Shown: positions 1-7,940 of the stretch, piece after piece | How the letters are laid out: every line of letters begins with the position of its first letter | How positions within the stretch are numbered: position 1 is the first letter of the stretch | Virus record (IMG/VR): IMGVR_UViG_3300024331_000091 | Span: 1-36,949 of that record | Direction: 5' to 3' (one strand) | DNA: 36,949 nucleotides | From: a virus | Taxonomy: Duplodnaviria > Caudoviricetes | Position numbers and translations under genes: made by a program | The notes under the pieces: generated by a model | What the model saw: only the letters and a program-made list of their open reading frames with translations | Databases searched by the model: none | Told to the model about the DNA's origin: nothing

Positions 1-138
1 AGTTTATACTTCACTCCATCGATTTCGATAATTTTTCCATCCAGATCCAAGGGGTCAAGAGCATCTTTGCCACCACCAAGCTTCCGAGTATCCAAGGACT
101 TTAACTTGCGGACGGCAGCAAAACGAAAGTCCTCAAAC
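1..138 (+). repeat. Terminal direct repeat / circular overlap with 36812..36949
   Basis: First 126 nt identical; 4 mismatches in the last 12 nt (127, 133, 136, 137). Confidence 0.97.
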
Positions 139-512
139 CAGTCGTTCTCGAACCAGAACACGTGCAGGTACCGGTACGCCGAGTCGCCACTGAGGGACGC
201 GACGCTGCGGAAGTCGCGGATGGACCGCACCGTGCCGAGGGCGACAATCCAGTCTTTCCTTTGCAATTCAGGATGTTGAGCGCCCAATAAGAGCAACTCC
301 GTTGCCGTGGCTGGACGTAGACCTCGGGCATCAAGTTCCTTGATCGCATCTTCGGATGAAATTGTGCGATTGAAATTCACTATCTCAATCTCTTTCGCTT
401 TTGTAGGCTCAAAGGGAAATTTCTCAATATCATCATTAAACCAGTCATACTTCCCAGACTTCACAAGGGCAGAGATAGTATTTCCTCCCGCCTTGATTTT
501 ATATGCTTCCAT
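1..512 (-). CDS. DGR target protein 1 (177 aa; continues across the junction to a stop at 36790..36792), probable C-type-lectin-fold variable protein
   Basis: Not in the ORF track. Hand translation MEAYKIKAGG...GLRPATATELLLLGAQHPELQRKDWIVALGTVRSIRDFRSVASLSGDSAYRYLHVFWFENDWFEDFRFAAVRK...; paralog of 32751..33281; contains VR1. Confidence 0.93.
   Translation of the reverse strand, partial: MEAYKIKAGGNTISALVKSGKYDWFNDDIEKFPFEPTKAKEIEIVNFNRTISSEDAIKELDARGLRPATATELLLLGAQHPELQRKDWIVALGTVRSIRDFRSVASLSGDSAYRYLHVFWFENDWFEDFRFAAVRKLKSLDTRKLGGGKDALDPLDLDGKIIEIDGVKYK
106..230 (-). repeat. DGR variable repeat VR1
   Basis: 125-nt ungapped match to TR 32384..32508; 19 mismatches, all at TR adenines (minus strand: 9 A>T, 8 A>G, 2 A>C). 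Confidence 0.97.
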
Positions 513-1122
513 TTTCGCAGAGCTGTTTGATCCCGGCATACGCATCCATGATGCGAGAATGCATCTTGATCAAATCAGACATTGTTCTTTTTGTTTCAAA
601 CGACTTCACTTTTCCCGTCACTTTTATTTCTCGCCCAACACGCTGCGTCTCAAGCCAGTGTAACCAGATCTCGGCCGGGATTTTCTTATGCTTCAAAAAC
701 ACGCAGTAGGCATAGAAGGTCAACTGGCCGAAACTATCAACTCGATTTTGGGTCCATGGTTGCGTGGCGGTTTTGAGCTCATCGATGCGCTTTGATTTCG
801 GATCAAAACCATCGAGCTTTGCTTTCAGCCGGATGTTCTCACATGGCACGATAATTTGATGCTCATGCTTTGCGAACTCCGGAAGGAATATCATCGCATG
901 CGAGATACCGGGATCAGCTGAAATGCCGACCTCGAAATCCTTGGCGACTCTGCTTCCGAAATCCATGTACATCGTACTGCCGATATCTTGGCCCTCGATG
1001 TAGGAGCGCCGGAAGTCCTCCGGCCGCTCCTCGAACATCGAAAGCTGGGACCATGACAAATAGAATTCGGGTGTCTTGATCCATTCGGCGTACGGCATTT
1101 TTTTATTTCTTGAGTTTTTCAT
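499..1122 (-). CDS. PD-(D/E)XK exonuclease (RecB/Cas4-like), recombination
   Basis: YLSWSQL, KLDGFD, IDELKT and GQLTFYA motifs; adjacent to ERF. Confidence 0.8.
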   Translation of the reverse strand: MKNSRNKKMPYAEWIKTPEFYLSWSQLSMFEERPEDFRRSYIEGQDIGSTMYMDFGSRVAKDFEVGISADPGISHAMIFLPEFAKHEHQIIVPCENIRLKAKLDGFDPKSKRIDELKTATQPWTQNRVDSFGQLTFYAYCVFLKHKKIPAEIWLHWLETQRVGREIKVTGKVKSFETKRTMSDLIKMHSRIMDAYAGIKQLCENGSI

Positions 1123-1870
1123 CGATGATTTTCAAGAGTTGGTGCTTCTGGGCGAGTGTGTAGATTTCCGAAGCATCGATTTTACCGCGCCATGAGGCGA
1201 GTATCTTCGGACTCTTTTCCTTTTCGACTAAATCCTTGGCATAGGCGAACGGGTCTTGCTCCTTGGCCGGTTTAACTGGTCGCTGTTGGGCCCTAGGGTC
1301 GTCCTGGACGCTCGATTTGGTCGCATCTGTGTCTTCATCTCCTGTCATGATGCCAAAGGCATTGCAGAAGGCATAGCGCTTGGCGAACGTGAGAGCCGCG
1401 GCGACCTTCTGTGGACCGGACATGATTGACGTTCCGCCGCCGGACGGAACCTCGAAATCTGACTCTTCTTGATGACCGCCGACGTGCTTCACTATGCAAA
1501 TCGCTTTGAGTGAGTCTTTCGTGGATACAGTTTTGATCTGATAGCTAAACCCGTGCTTTCGGATGAGGTCTCGGGTCTGGGCGACGATTGAGTCGAGCGG
1601 TGCGTACTTGTAAGCCACGACACCGTTTCGGGTCTCACCGCCGGCTTTGGCCTTCTTGATAGTTGGGCATTCTGATTGGAATGCCGCCATTGAAGCATCA
1701 AAGGCTTTGCGAGCTTGCTTTGCTTCCCAACGGTCTTGGAGATCCATGAGCTTCTCCATCGTCTCGACCGGCACGCCTTGCGTGATGGCCTGAGCGATGA
1801 GGGTCTGCGGAAGTATCTCGCGCTGTTCGGGAACGACTGCGACTGCCTGCGTTGTTTTTTTCTTTCCCAT
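1103..1870 (-). CDS. erf: ERF-family single-strand annealing protein
   Basis: YKYAPLDSI and PQKVAAALTFAKRYAFCNAFGI motifs. Confidence 0.88.
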   Translation of the reverse strand: MGKKKTTQAVAVVPEQREILPQTLIAQAITQGVPVETMEKLMDLQDRWEAKQARKAFDASMAAFQSECPTIKKAKAGGETRNGVVAYKYAPLDSIVAQTRDLIRKHGFSYQIKTVSTKDSLKAICIVKHVGGHQEESDFEVPSGGGTSIMSGPQKVAAALTFAKRYAFCNAFGIMTGDEDTDATKSSVQDDPRAQQRPVKPAKEQDPFAYAKDLVEKEKSPKILASWRGKIDASEIYTLAQKHQLLKIIDEKLKK

Positions 1871-2469
1871 TATCGTGTCACAGTTGCCGCGATTTCTTTT
1901 TCAAAGACGCGCACTCCCGGAATTTCCTTGCCTGCGAGAGCGTCTCGACGAACGCTCACCATATCGAGTTGCCAGTATTCATCTGGCACGAGATCTCGAT
2001 CTATGACTTCGAAATCTTTAACTTTCCTGACTTGGAACGTGGAACCTTTATTGCCTTGGACGGTCGCATCCACGCGTTCGACTTTGTCCATTTTCTTCGC
2101 GGCGCTTTCCACCGTAATCTTGCCTTCCTCGACTTTCTTGGCGAGATCGAGCTCTTTGGCGCGAGCCTCGTCGTCGACTTTGCGTTTGTAGGTTAGAAGT
2201 TTCCCCTCAATCGTATGTTGAGCGGACTCAAATTGTTCTTCTATGGGCCGGAATAATTCCCGGGCCGACTTCAACGCTTCGTTCATCGGCTTGGTGATCG
2301 CTTCTTTGCGGTTTTTGATTAGCTTACCGAGCTCTTTCATCTTGCCGAGGACATCGATCGCTTGGACGTAATCCTCTTGGCTCTTAATGACGATGTCGTT
2401 CACCTTCGACTCCGCCTTCGAGAGCTGGCCTTTGATCACTGCTAACTCTTTCGTTTCAATTTTTGGCAT
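1870..2469 (-). CDS. Coiled-coil phage protein (Gp157/Gam-like)
   Basis: Helical charged protein ending in LVPDEYW...EIPGVRVFEKE; lies next to recombination genes. Confidence 0.6.
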   Translation of the reverse strand: MPKIETKELAVIKGQLSKAESKVNDIVIKSQEDYVQAIDVLGKMKELGKLIKNRKEAITKPMNEALKSARELFRPIEEQFESAQHTIEGKLLTYKRKVDDEARAKELDLAKKVEEGKITVESAAKKMDKVERVDATVQGNKGSTFQVRKVKDFEVIDRDLVPDEYWQLDMVSVRRDALAGKEIPGVRVFEKEIAATVTR

Positions 2470-2485
2470 TTCTTTTGATTAAATT

Positions 2486-2686
2486 TTATTCATCCGTCTG
2501 TCTGCAATGGCATTTCCTTTCCCGGACATCGTCGTGCTGACCTTCGACCACTGTCCCGGTTCCTAAACAATCCAGGCAGAGATCGGAACCATCGTCAGCA
2601 TAGCCTTCAATTTCCTTTTCCCAATTCTGACCAAACATGTCTTTCGGATCTTTGCCGGTGATCTCAATGTATTGTTCTCGTGTCAT
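2486..2686 (-). CDS. Small Zn-binding hypothetical protein
   Basis: CLDCLGTG...KCHC; overlaps the upstream gene by 4 nt. Confidence 0.65.
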   Translation of the reverse strand: MTREQYIEITGKDPKDMFGQNWEKEIEGYADDGSDLCLDCLGTGTVVEGQHDDVRERKCHCRQTDE

Positions 2687-2877
2687 TGGAGTGGAATGTT
2701 ATGCGCTTTGCACTGATCAATTTGCCAACGTGCCCAATAGCCATGACTCTCGAGCGACCACTGCGACCACCGATTGCATTCAAGAACTTCTTCCTTGTGG
2801 ATACTAGAGACCATCGCATAACAGATTACACCGAGCATCACCGCAACCAACACCGCATATCCGATTTTATTTCCCAT
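2683..2877 (-). CDS. Small membrane-anchored hypothetical protein
   Basis: N-terminal hydrophobic helix; tightly packed in the operon. Confidence 0.65.
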   Translation of the reverse strand: MGNKIGYAVLVAVMLGVICYAMVSSIHKEEVLECNRWSQWSLESHGYWARWQIDQCKAHNIPLQ

Positions 2878-3025
2878 GCTTTTTAATAATCAGGTGGACC
2901 ATCTGGCGCGTAATGTTGAAGTACGCGGCGAGGTCAACGACTGACCACTTTTGCTCTCTGTGCAATTTGATCAGGTGACGATCGCGCTGCATCAGAATGA
3001 CTTGTTTTTTATCGACATTTTTCAT
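2867..3025 (-). CDS. 52-aa HTH regulator (Cro/Mor-like), first gene of the leftward operon
   Basis: Below the ORF cutoff; MKNVDKKQVILMQRDRHLIKLHREQKWSVVDLAAYFNITRQMVHLIIKKHGK. Confidence 0.75.
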   Translation of the reverse strand: MKNVDKKQVILMQRDRHLIKLHREQKWSVVDLAAYFNITRQMVHLIIKKHGK

Positions 3026-3031
3026 ATTGAA

Positions 3032-3061
3032 AGGATATCATGCCCGATATTAAAGTGTCAA
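3032..3061 (-). promoter_or_regulatory. Sigma70-type promoter of the early operon
   Basis: TTGACA (3056..3061), 18-nt spacer ending TGa, TATCCT (3032..3037); ATG 6 nt downstream. Confidence 0.7.
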
Positions 3062-3071
3062 ATGCTTTTTC

Positions 3072-3080
3072 TGTGGATAA
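3072..3080 (-). promoter_or_regulatory. Perfect DnaA box TTATCCACA
   Basis: tgtggataa on the + strand, 10 nt upstream of the -35 element. Confidence 0.7.
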
Positions 3081-3187
3081 CTAATACTCTATATTATACG
3101 CCATTTACTTGATATATTATACTGTAAAACTGTATTGGTATCAATAATAACTTGGAATGATATCAACAGTGCTTTCGCCACATCTTT

Positions 3188-3196
3188 TGATAAAAT
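3188..3196 (+). promoter_or_regulatory. Extended -10 promoter (TGaTAAAAT) for the gene at 3203
   Basis: ATG 6 nt downstream; no SD. Confidence 0.55.
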
Positions 3197-3202
3197 CAAG
3201 AT

Positions 3203-3613
3203 ATGAGAAAGTTTCATCCGGTGCATTTCAGATGTCATGACTGTGAGATGATGATGTTTGTCGACCTCCCATTCAAAAAAATATGCACCGGCTGCGGCAG
3301 AGAATACGATTTCAGTTTTCTCAAACCTCCTGAACCTCGCATCTCGACTCCTCGAGACCCAAATGCTCCTCATCACCAACGCCATATCCCCGATCCTCCG
3401 ATTGGTGCACTCCAAGATGAGATAAGAATTGTCCAAATAAAAAACCGCCACCTTCCGATGGTTCGGCGCCGAGCCCGAGTCGTGGTTATCCTCCGGGACG
3501 AGAAGCACTATACCTATTCCGAGATTGCCCGCGCCATTGAACGCAACCACGCCACTGTCATCAACCTGTATCGCAGAGCTCGTATCCTTATGATCGGGAC
3601 CAACAAGACTTAG
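3203..3613 (+). CDS. Zn-ribbon plus DnaA domain IV-like HTH protein, putative regulator
   Basis: CHDC...CTGC; C-terminal MVRRRARVVVILRDEKHYTYSEIARAIERNHATVIN resembles the DnaA C-terminal R(D/N)HxTV signature; divergent from the early operon. Confidence 0.7.
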   Translation: MRKFHPVHFRCHDCEMMMFVDLPFKKICTGCGREYDFSFLKPPEPRISTPRDPNAPHHQRHIPDPPIGALQDEIRIVQIKNRHLPMVRRRARVVVILRDEKHYTYSEIARAIERNHATVINLYRRARILMIGTNKT

Positions 3614-4022
3614 AGGCGTTCCAGTGAGATAACCCTCCCTTAGATATCATCGTAGCAGCAAGTTCGGCCTGGATCTCCGGGTCGTTTTTATTATCGGTCG
3701 GTAGTCCAGCGGCCTGAGCTTGGGAGAAAAATGTAGAATCTAAAAACTGAAATATACCCGAGGCAGTCGAAACCTTGTTTTTAGCGTCCGGATGAAACCC
3801 GCTCTCGCATTTTGCAATGCGGAGGAGTAGGTCCGGGTCGATATGGAGATCGTGGGCCTTGGAAATAATTATGCTCTGAATGTCATCCTTTGGTTCCAGA
3901 GCTACGAATACCGGACCAGGTCCAACAAATGCGTCGGACATCTGATCTTCTGGAACCGCAGACACGGCATCTTTTGGATGGAACGCCCACCACGCAAGCA
4001 ACCACACGGCAATCACGATCAC
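3588..4022 (-). CDS. Lytic transglycosylase (SLT-like) with N-terminal anchor
   Basis: IAKCESG, STASGIFQFLDSTF and HWNASKSCW motifs. Confidence 0.85.
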   Translation of the reverse strand: MIVIAVWLLAWWAFHPKDAVSAVPEDQMSDAFVGPGPVFVALEPKDDIQSIIISKAHDLHIDPDLLLRIAKCESGFHPDAKNKVSTASGIFQFLDSTFFSQAQAAGLPTDNKNDPEIQAELAATMISKGGLSHWNASKSCWSRS

Positions 4023-4064
4023 TATGTACGGCCAGTAAGTCCTAATAGATAAAGTATACCACCC

Positions 4065-4087
4065 TAGGCGGATAAGTTGTCCACCTA
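4065..4087. promoter_or_regulatory. Imperfect inverted repeat of two degenerate DnaA-box-like 9-mers upstream of a minus-strand TGgTATACT
   Basis: taggcggataa-g-ttgtccaccta; agtata at 4053..4058. Confidence 0.35.
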
Positions 4088-4088
4088 A

Positions 4089-4274
4089 CTATCGAGACTG
4101 GTTCGTGGCTGAGACCGGAATGTTGTACTTGTTGAGAACTGCAACAAGCACTTTCAAACCGACCGCGATGCCAACAAGCAACAACGCGACGTTGAGGTTC
4201 GACTGTAACTGAGTCAGACCGGCGCCGGCGAGAGCTGAACCGATATCTCCTAACGAAAAGATTTGATTATTCAT
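4089..4274 (-). CDS. Holin-like membrane protein
   Basis: 61 aa, hydrophobic segments, lysis region. Confidence 0.55.
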   Translation of the reverse strand: MNNQIFSLGDIGSALAGAGLTQLQSNLNVALLLVGIAVGLKVLVAVLNKYNIPVSATNQSR

Positions 4275-4282
4275 TTTGATTT

Positions 4283-4420
4283 TTACTTATCTAACCACAT
4301 TAAGACCATCCCTATCACCATCAGCACCGCGCCGACGACCGAAACGGCTGGTACTCCCGACAAAACAATCGGACCCGCTACTATAAAAGTCAGACCAGTC
4401 CAAAGTAATTTTCCACTCAT
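4283..4420 (-). CDS. 45-aa two-TM membrane protein (holin/antiholin candidate)
   Basis: Below the ORF cutoff; MSGKLLWTGLTFIVAGPIVLSGVPAVSVVGAVLMVIGMVLMWLDK fills the gap almost exactly. Confidence 0.65.
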   Translation of the reverse strand: MSGKLLWTGLTFIVAGPIVLSGVPAVSVVGAVLMVIGMVLMWLDK

Positions 4421-4421
4421 T

Positions 4422-5354
4422 TTATTGTGTAGTTAATGCTTTGTTTATTTGTGCCAACTTATCAGGCAATCTGGCAGCAAGGTAATCGGCCAATAGCTTG
4501 CCGGTCCAAAACGCCACTCCTGCCTCATCACTGTACCCTTCCAATGCTTGCAACTGCTGTACGTCTTTTTCGGTAAGCATGTTTATTTCAGCGATGTCGA
4601 CACCGATGACTTCAAATACGCCACCGTTATCGAAATACGCCTTATTTAGATAATGACAGAAAACTTGCTGACCCTGCGGATCTTTGTGCTGGCACCACGA
4701 TGATTTTGCTTTGATGGCCGGAACGCCATGACGAAGCACGATACTCTCCTTGCCAGCGAAGAGTGCATGCGCCCAATCGGTCTGTTTATTGAAAGCGGGA
4801 TCTATCCACGACTCGTTCCATCCGTTCGACCAGCTCCCATCGATGCCGAGATGGATATAGCTGTGAGCGGTGATGGCCTGCGCGGCGCCGTCGATGGTTG
4901 CGTCGTAGAACTTATAGGTGAGGAGAAAGGTGCGAACACGACCACCATCGTTCACGGTGATGAGCTGAGTCATGTTCTGTTCGGTCTCCGGAGACGGGTC
5001 TGGGTACTTGGCCAGCTCGAGATAGCCGTTGTTGCGAAGGAAGTCTAACGGGGCATTGAGATACGCGCCACCGTTCGGAAGATGGACATGAGAATAGAGA
5101 TCCTCGCGGCTGATTTCAACCTTGGCTGAATATGCAAAACCATAGCCGGTCGCTTGGCACGTGCATGAGGAGCTACCACCTTGGTCTCGATCAGCGATAC
5201 CAAAGAGTTCAGGAACTGCTCCGACAGTGTCTTCTTTGACCTGCGACCAATCGAATGGCGGAATCGCTCCGGCCTGATGGTCTTTGACCTTGAGTTCGTC
5301 TGGGCGCTTTACTGCCCCATGTCCCGGCAATGGAAGAGTTTCATTATCGTTCAT
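4422..5354 (-). CDS. Papain-like (C1) cysteine peptidase, possible endolysin
   Basis: DQGGSSSCT, WAHAL and KSSW motifs; start trimmed to ATG 5354. Confidence 0.75.
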   Translation of the reverse strand: MNDNETLPLPGHGAVKRPDELKVKDHQAGAIPPFDWSQVKEDTVGAVPELFGIADRDQGGSSSCTCQATGYGFAYSAKVEISREDLYSHVHLPNGGAYLNAPLDFLRNNGYLELAKYPDPSPETEQNMTQLITVNDGGRVRTFLLTYKFYDATIDGAAQAITAHSYIHLGIDGSWSNGWNESWIDPAFNKQTDWAHALFAGKESIVLRHGVPAIKAKSSWCQHKDPQGQQVFCHYLNKAYFDNGGVFEVIGVDIAEINMLTEKDVQQLQALEGYSDEAGVAFWTGKLLADYLAARLPDKLAQINKALTTQ

Positions 5355-5361
5355 GGTTTTA

Positions 5362-5700
5362 TTATACACCTTTCTTCGGGATACGTTCATCAATGATAGT
5401 TTTCAACATCACCAATTCTCGACTCAGGTGACCGAATTGAGTATTGAGCGTTCGGACTTCAATCTCGACCGTATGGCTATGATTGAGTGCCAGCTTGAGG
5501 GCGTCTTCGAGATTTTTCTGGAGACTGGCGAACCGGCGCTCGTAGTCCTCGTCCTTGAGCTGAGCACGCTGTTTGATGAGCGCCTCTATCTGGCTCGAGT
5601 TTACCTGCGGGTCTCGGAAATATCGATAGACCGAAAACACGATAGCTCCGAGTGCTAGAAATCCGAGTAATTGGTCCATTGTGAAGACAGGTATATTCAT
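5362..5700 (-). CDS. Single-TM coiled-coil protein
   Basis: LLGFLALGAIVFSVYRYF followed by heptad-like sequence; start trimmed to ATG 5700. Confidence 0.7.
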   Translation of the reverse strand: MNIPVFTMDQLLGFLALGAIVFSVYRYFRDPQVNSSQIEALIKQRAQLKDEDYERRFASLQKNLEDALKLALNHSHTVEIEVRTLNTQFGHLSRELVMLKTIIDERIPKKGV

Positions 5701-5772
5701 CTCTTCTTCATTGATTTTTCGCAGTTTTGTTGTACACTTTGCATATTCATCTTTGAGGTATATTATTATCGT

Positions 5773-5928
5773 ATGTATCGATATAGACATCTTAGAAAAA
5801 GAACGGTCGACCATAGCTGGGCGATGTCAGGTCTCATGATCATCGGCATCATTCTGGTCGCCTTCATTTCTCCTATCATCTCAGTTGCTTGCATCATCGG
5901 ATGGGGTACTGAACATTTCTGGAACTAG
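5773..5928 (+). CDS. 51-aa membrane peptide, counter-oriented
   Basis: Basic N-terminus plus hydrophobic segment; TTGCAT-16-TATTAT ends 6 nt before the ATG. Confidence 0.55.
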   Translation: MYRYRHLRKRTVDHSWAMSGLMIIGIILVAFISPIISVACIIGWGTEHFWN

Positions 5929-7940
5929 CCTTTCTGAACTGGCACCTTCACTGGCGTCTGTTTTTTTAATCTCAAAGTTTCATCGTTTGGACGAAGATTG
6001 AGTGGCTTTCTTATGGGGATGCTCACGCTTTTTCCACTCTCATCGGTAATCTCGATTTTCTTCCAAGGACCAGCCCCAGAAACTCCTTTCGATTTTAGGT
6101 ATTCCTGAGCTTGTTCCTGCGTCATCCATCGAGACTTGGTAGATCCTTTGAACTCAGGAAGAATAATTGTCGGGCCCGAACTGATTTTTACCACGCCATT
6201 CTCGACGGTCGTTTTCGGCTCTGCAGGAGCGGGGAGTTGGAGACGGGCAGCTTGCGCAGTTTTCTGAGCATCCAAGTATGACTGGATTTTCTGAAATGCT
6301 TCGGGATTAGTCTGCTCGAGGTTATCAAGGACTTTGGTCTTGATGGCGTTCGGCATACCTTCAATGAAACGTTCAATCATCCCGCCGAACTGATAGCCGG
6401 CATAGCTTGAGATGAGACCGCCACCGAATAGATTGCCTACGACTGCGCCTCCGAGCTTTGCGCCAGTGGCCGCCATGCGTGAAAGGAATGATTGCGGAAC
6501 TGATTTGCCGTGAAGAGCATCAAGATAATCGGCAGCACGATACTGACTACTCAACTCTTTATTAAACTCACGGATTGGAATGTCAGATGGCGCATTCTTC
6601 TCAAGGAGCGCTCGAGCTGAGTCGGCAAGCGCCTTATTTTTAATCGCTTCGTTGTTGGTAGCAATATCCCCGACTGGGCTGTATTTCGCATTAAGGTCGC
6701 GGGTGATTTTCTCATCTTGAAGGTTTTCAAGACCCATTCCACCCGGATATTGTGAAGTGAGTGGCTCTTCGGTCGCTTGGATATTTTTGATGATTGTGGC
6801 CTTTGTTTCAGCCGGAATAGAATTGTTGCTCGTAATACGATCGATAGCGCCTTGGACGAGATCCGAGACTGGAGCTTTAGGTGCACCGCCTTGGTCAGCC
6901 ATCTGGAGCGATGGTCGGAGCATTTCATTGCTCATGGTCATGGTATCCTCGCGGAGCTTTGTGGCCGTATCGGCTGTGTCATAAACGGTGCGTCCTGTAT
7001 CAGACTTAGTGATGTTATCCTCGAGACGAATGCCGTTGTCCACGAGAGTCTCGCCAACATTAGTGCCACGATCCGCAGCTGAGGTAAAGATATCAGTCGG
7101 CTTATTGAATGCTGCCTTTGGAATGGTCGTGGGCTTTTCCCAATCCGAAACTGCCTGATTATAGTAATGGTTCTGAATTGCGTCGATGAGCGGTGCGCCG
7201 ACCTTGCCAGTGGCCGCAGTGACGGGTTCGGCAATCTTAGAAATAATACTCGGAGCTTCCGGGTTTACTTTGGAGTTGATTTCGTCGGCCGTGATAAGGA
7301 ATGGCGCAATCTGCTGGAATGGATGATTGGCGATGTCCTGCGCAGCGCCGGTGAAATCACCTTGAGCGACTTTCTGCGCGGCGGATGGCACGAGGGACTG
7401 GAGCATCCCCTTGGCGATGGTGACCTGCTCGCTCGGGTTCGGGTCTGTAAGAACGCCAAGGAAGTCGCCAATCGCTCCGACGATAGGATTTCCTGTTGGA
7501 CCAGTCGGAAGTCCCTTTTGAGCGGCGCGGGCCTGTGCTTCGGGTGTGAGAACGTTCTGAGGCTGATCAGTTACGAGACCTAATGCTTCTTTAGGAATTG
7601 CGCCGAAGACCTGTTTAGCCACACCAACAGGAAGATCCCAGAAGACCGTTTTGAGGAAATCCGGAACGACGTTGCCGACGGTCTTGGCCGCAATCTTTAC
7701 GCCAGTTCCTGGATTGATGGCGTCTTGCGGGGTTGTATTAAAAAGCGGACCAGGGTTCTGGTCTTGGGTAGGAGCTGATACGCCGTAGTCTGATGGCTGG
7801 AGACTGTTGATGTTCACCGTCGAACCTGCTGGACGTATGACCGGGGCCGGAGCGCCAGTAGGGGGTGTACCGGCATTCACTGCTGGGTTCGGCTGACCCG
7901 CTGAGTAATCATTGGGTTGTAGTTGTGAAATGTTTGCCAT
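5925..7940 (-). CDS. Internal virion / DNA ejection protein (putative)
   Basis: 671 aa, A/P/G-rich with a hydrophobic Gly-rich C-terminal segment; located at the end of the structural operon. Confidence 0.6.
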   Translation of the reverse strand: MANISQLQPNDYSAGQPNPAVNAGTPPTGAPAPVIRPAGSTVNINSLQPSDYGVSAPTQDQNPGPLFNTTPQDAINPGTGVKIAAKTVGNVVPDFLKTVFWDLPVGVAKQVFGAIPKEALGLVTDQPQNVLTPEAQARAAQKGLPTGPTGNPIVGAIGDFLGVLTDPNPSEQVTIAKGMLQSLVPSAAQKVAQGDFTGAAQDIANHPFQQIAPFLITADEINSKVNPEAPSIISKIAEPVTAATGKVGAPLIDAIQNHYYNQAVSDWEKPTTIPKAAFNKPTDIFTSAADRGTNVGETLVDNGIRLEDNITKSDTGRTVYDTADTATKLREDTMTMSNEMLRPSLQMADQGGAPKAPVSDLVQGAIDRITSNNSIPAETKATIIKNIQATEEPLTSQYPGGMGLENLQDEKITRDLNAKYSPVGDIATNNEAIKNKALADSARALLEKNAPSDIPIREFNKELSSQYRAADYLDALHGKSVPQSFLSRMAATGAKLGGAVVGNLFGGGLISSYAGYQFGGMIERFIEGMPNAIKTKVLDNLEQTNPEAFQKIQSYLDAQKTAQAARLQLPAPAEPKTTVENGVVKISSGPTIILPEFKGSTKSRWMTQEQAQEYLKSKGVSGAGPWKKIEITDESGKSVSIPIRKPLNLRPNDETLRLKKQTPVKVPVQKG

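Noticed and set aside
1-138. Physical terminal repeats of the virion DNA
   Set aside because: The repeat falls mid-gene at a polymorphic site, which fits an assembly overlap better.
67-663. ORFs 67..279, 101..349 and 307..663
   Set aside because: Shadow frames of DGR target 1.
499-1122. Cas4 or a CRISPR system
   Set aside because: No repeat-spacer array or other cas genes seen; no Fe-S cysteine set; ERF-linked context indicates a recombination exonuclease.
3089-3550. 153-aa minus-strand ORF
   Set aside because: It is antisense to the motif-bearing + strand regulator and runs through the promoter region.
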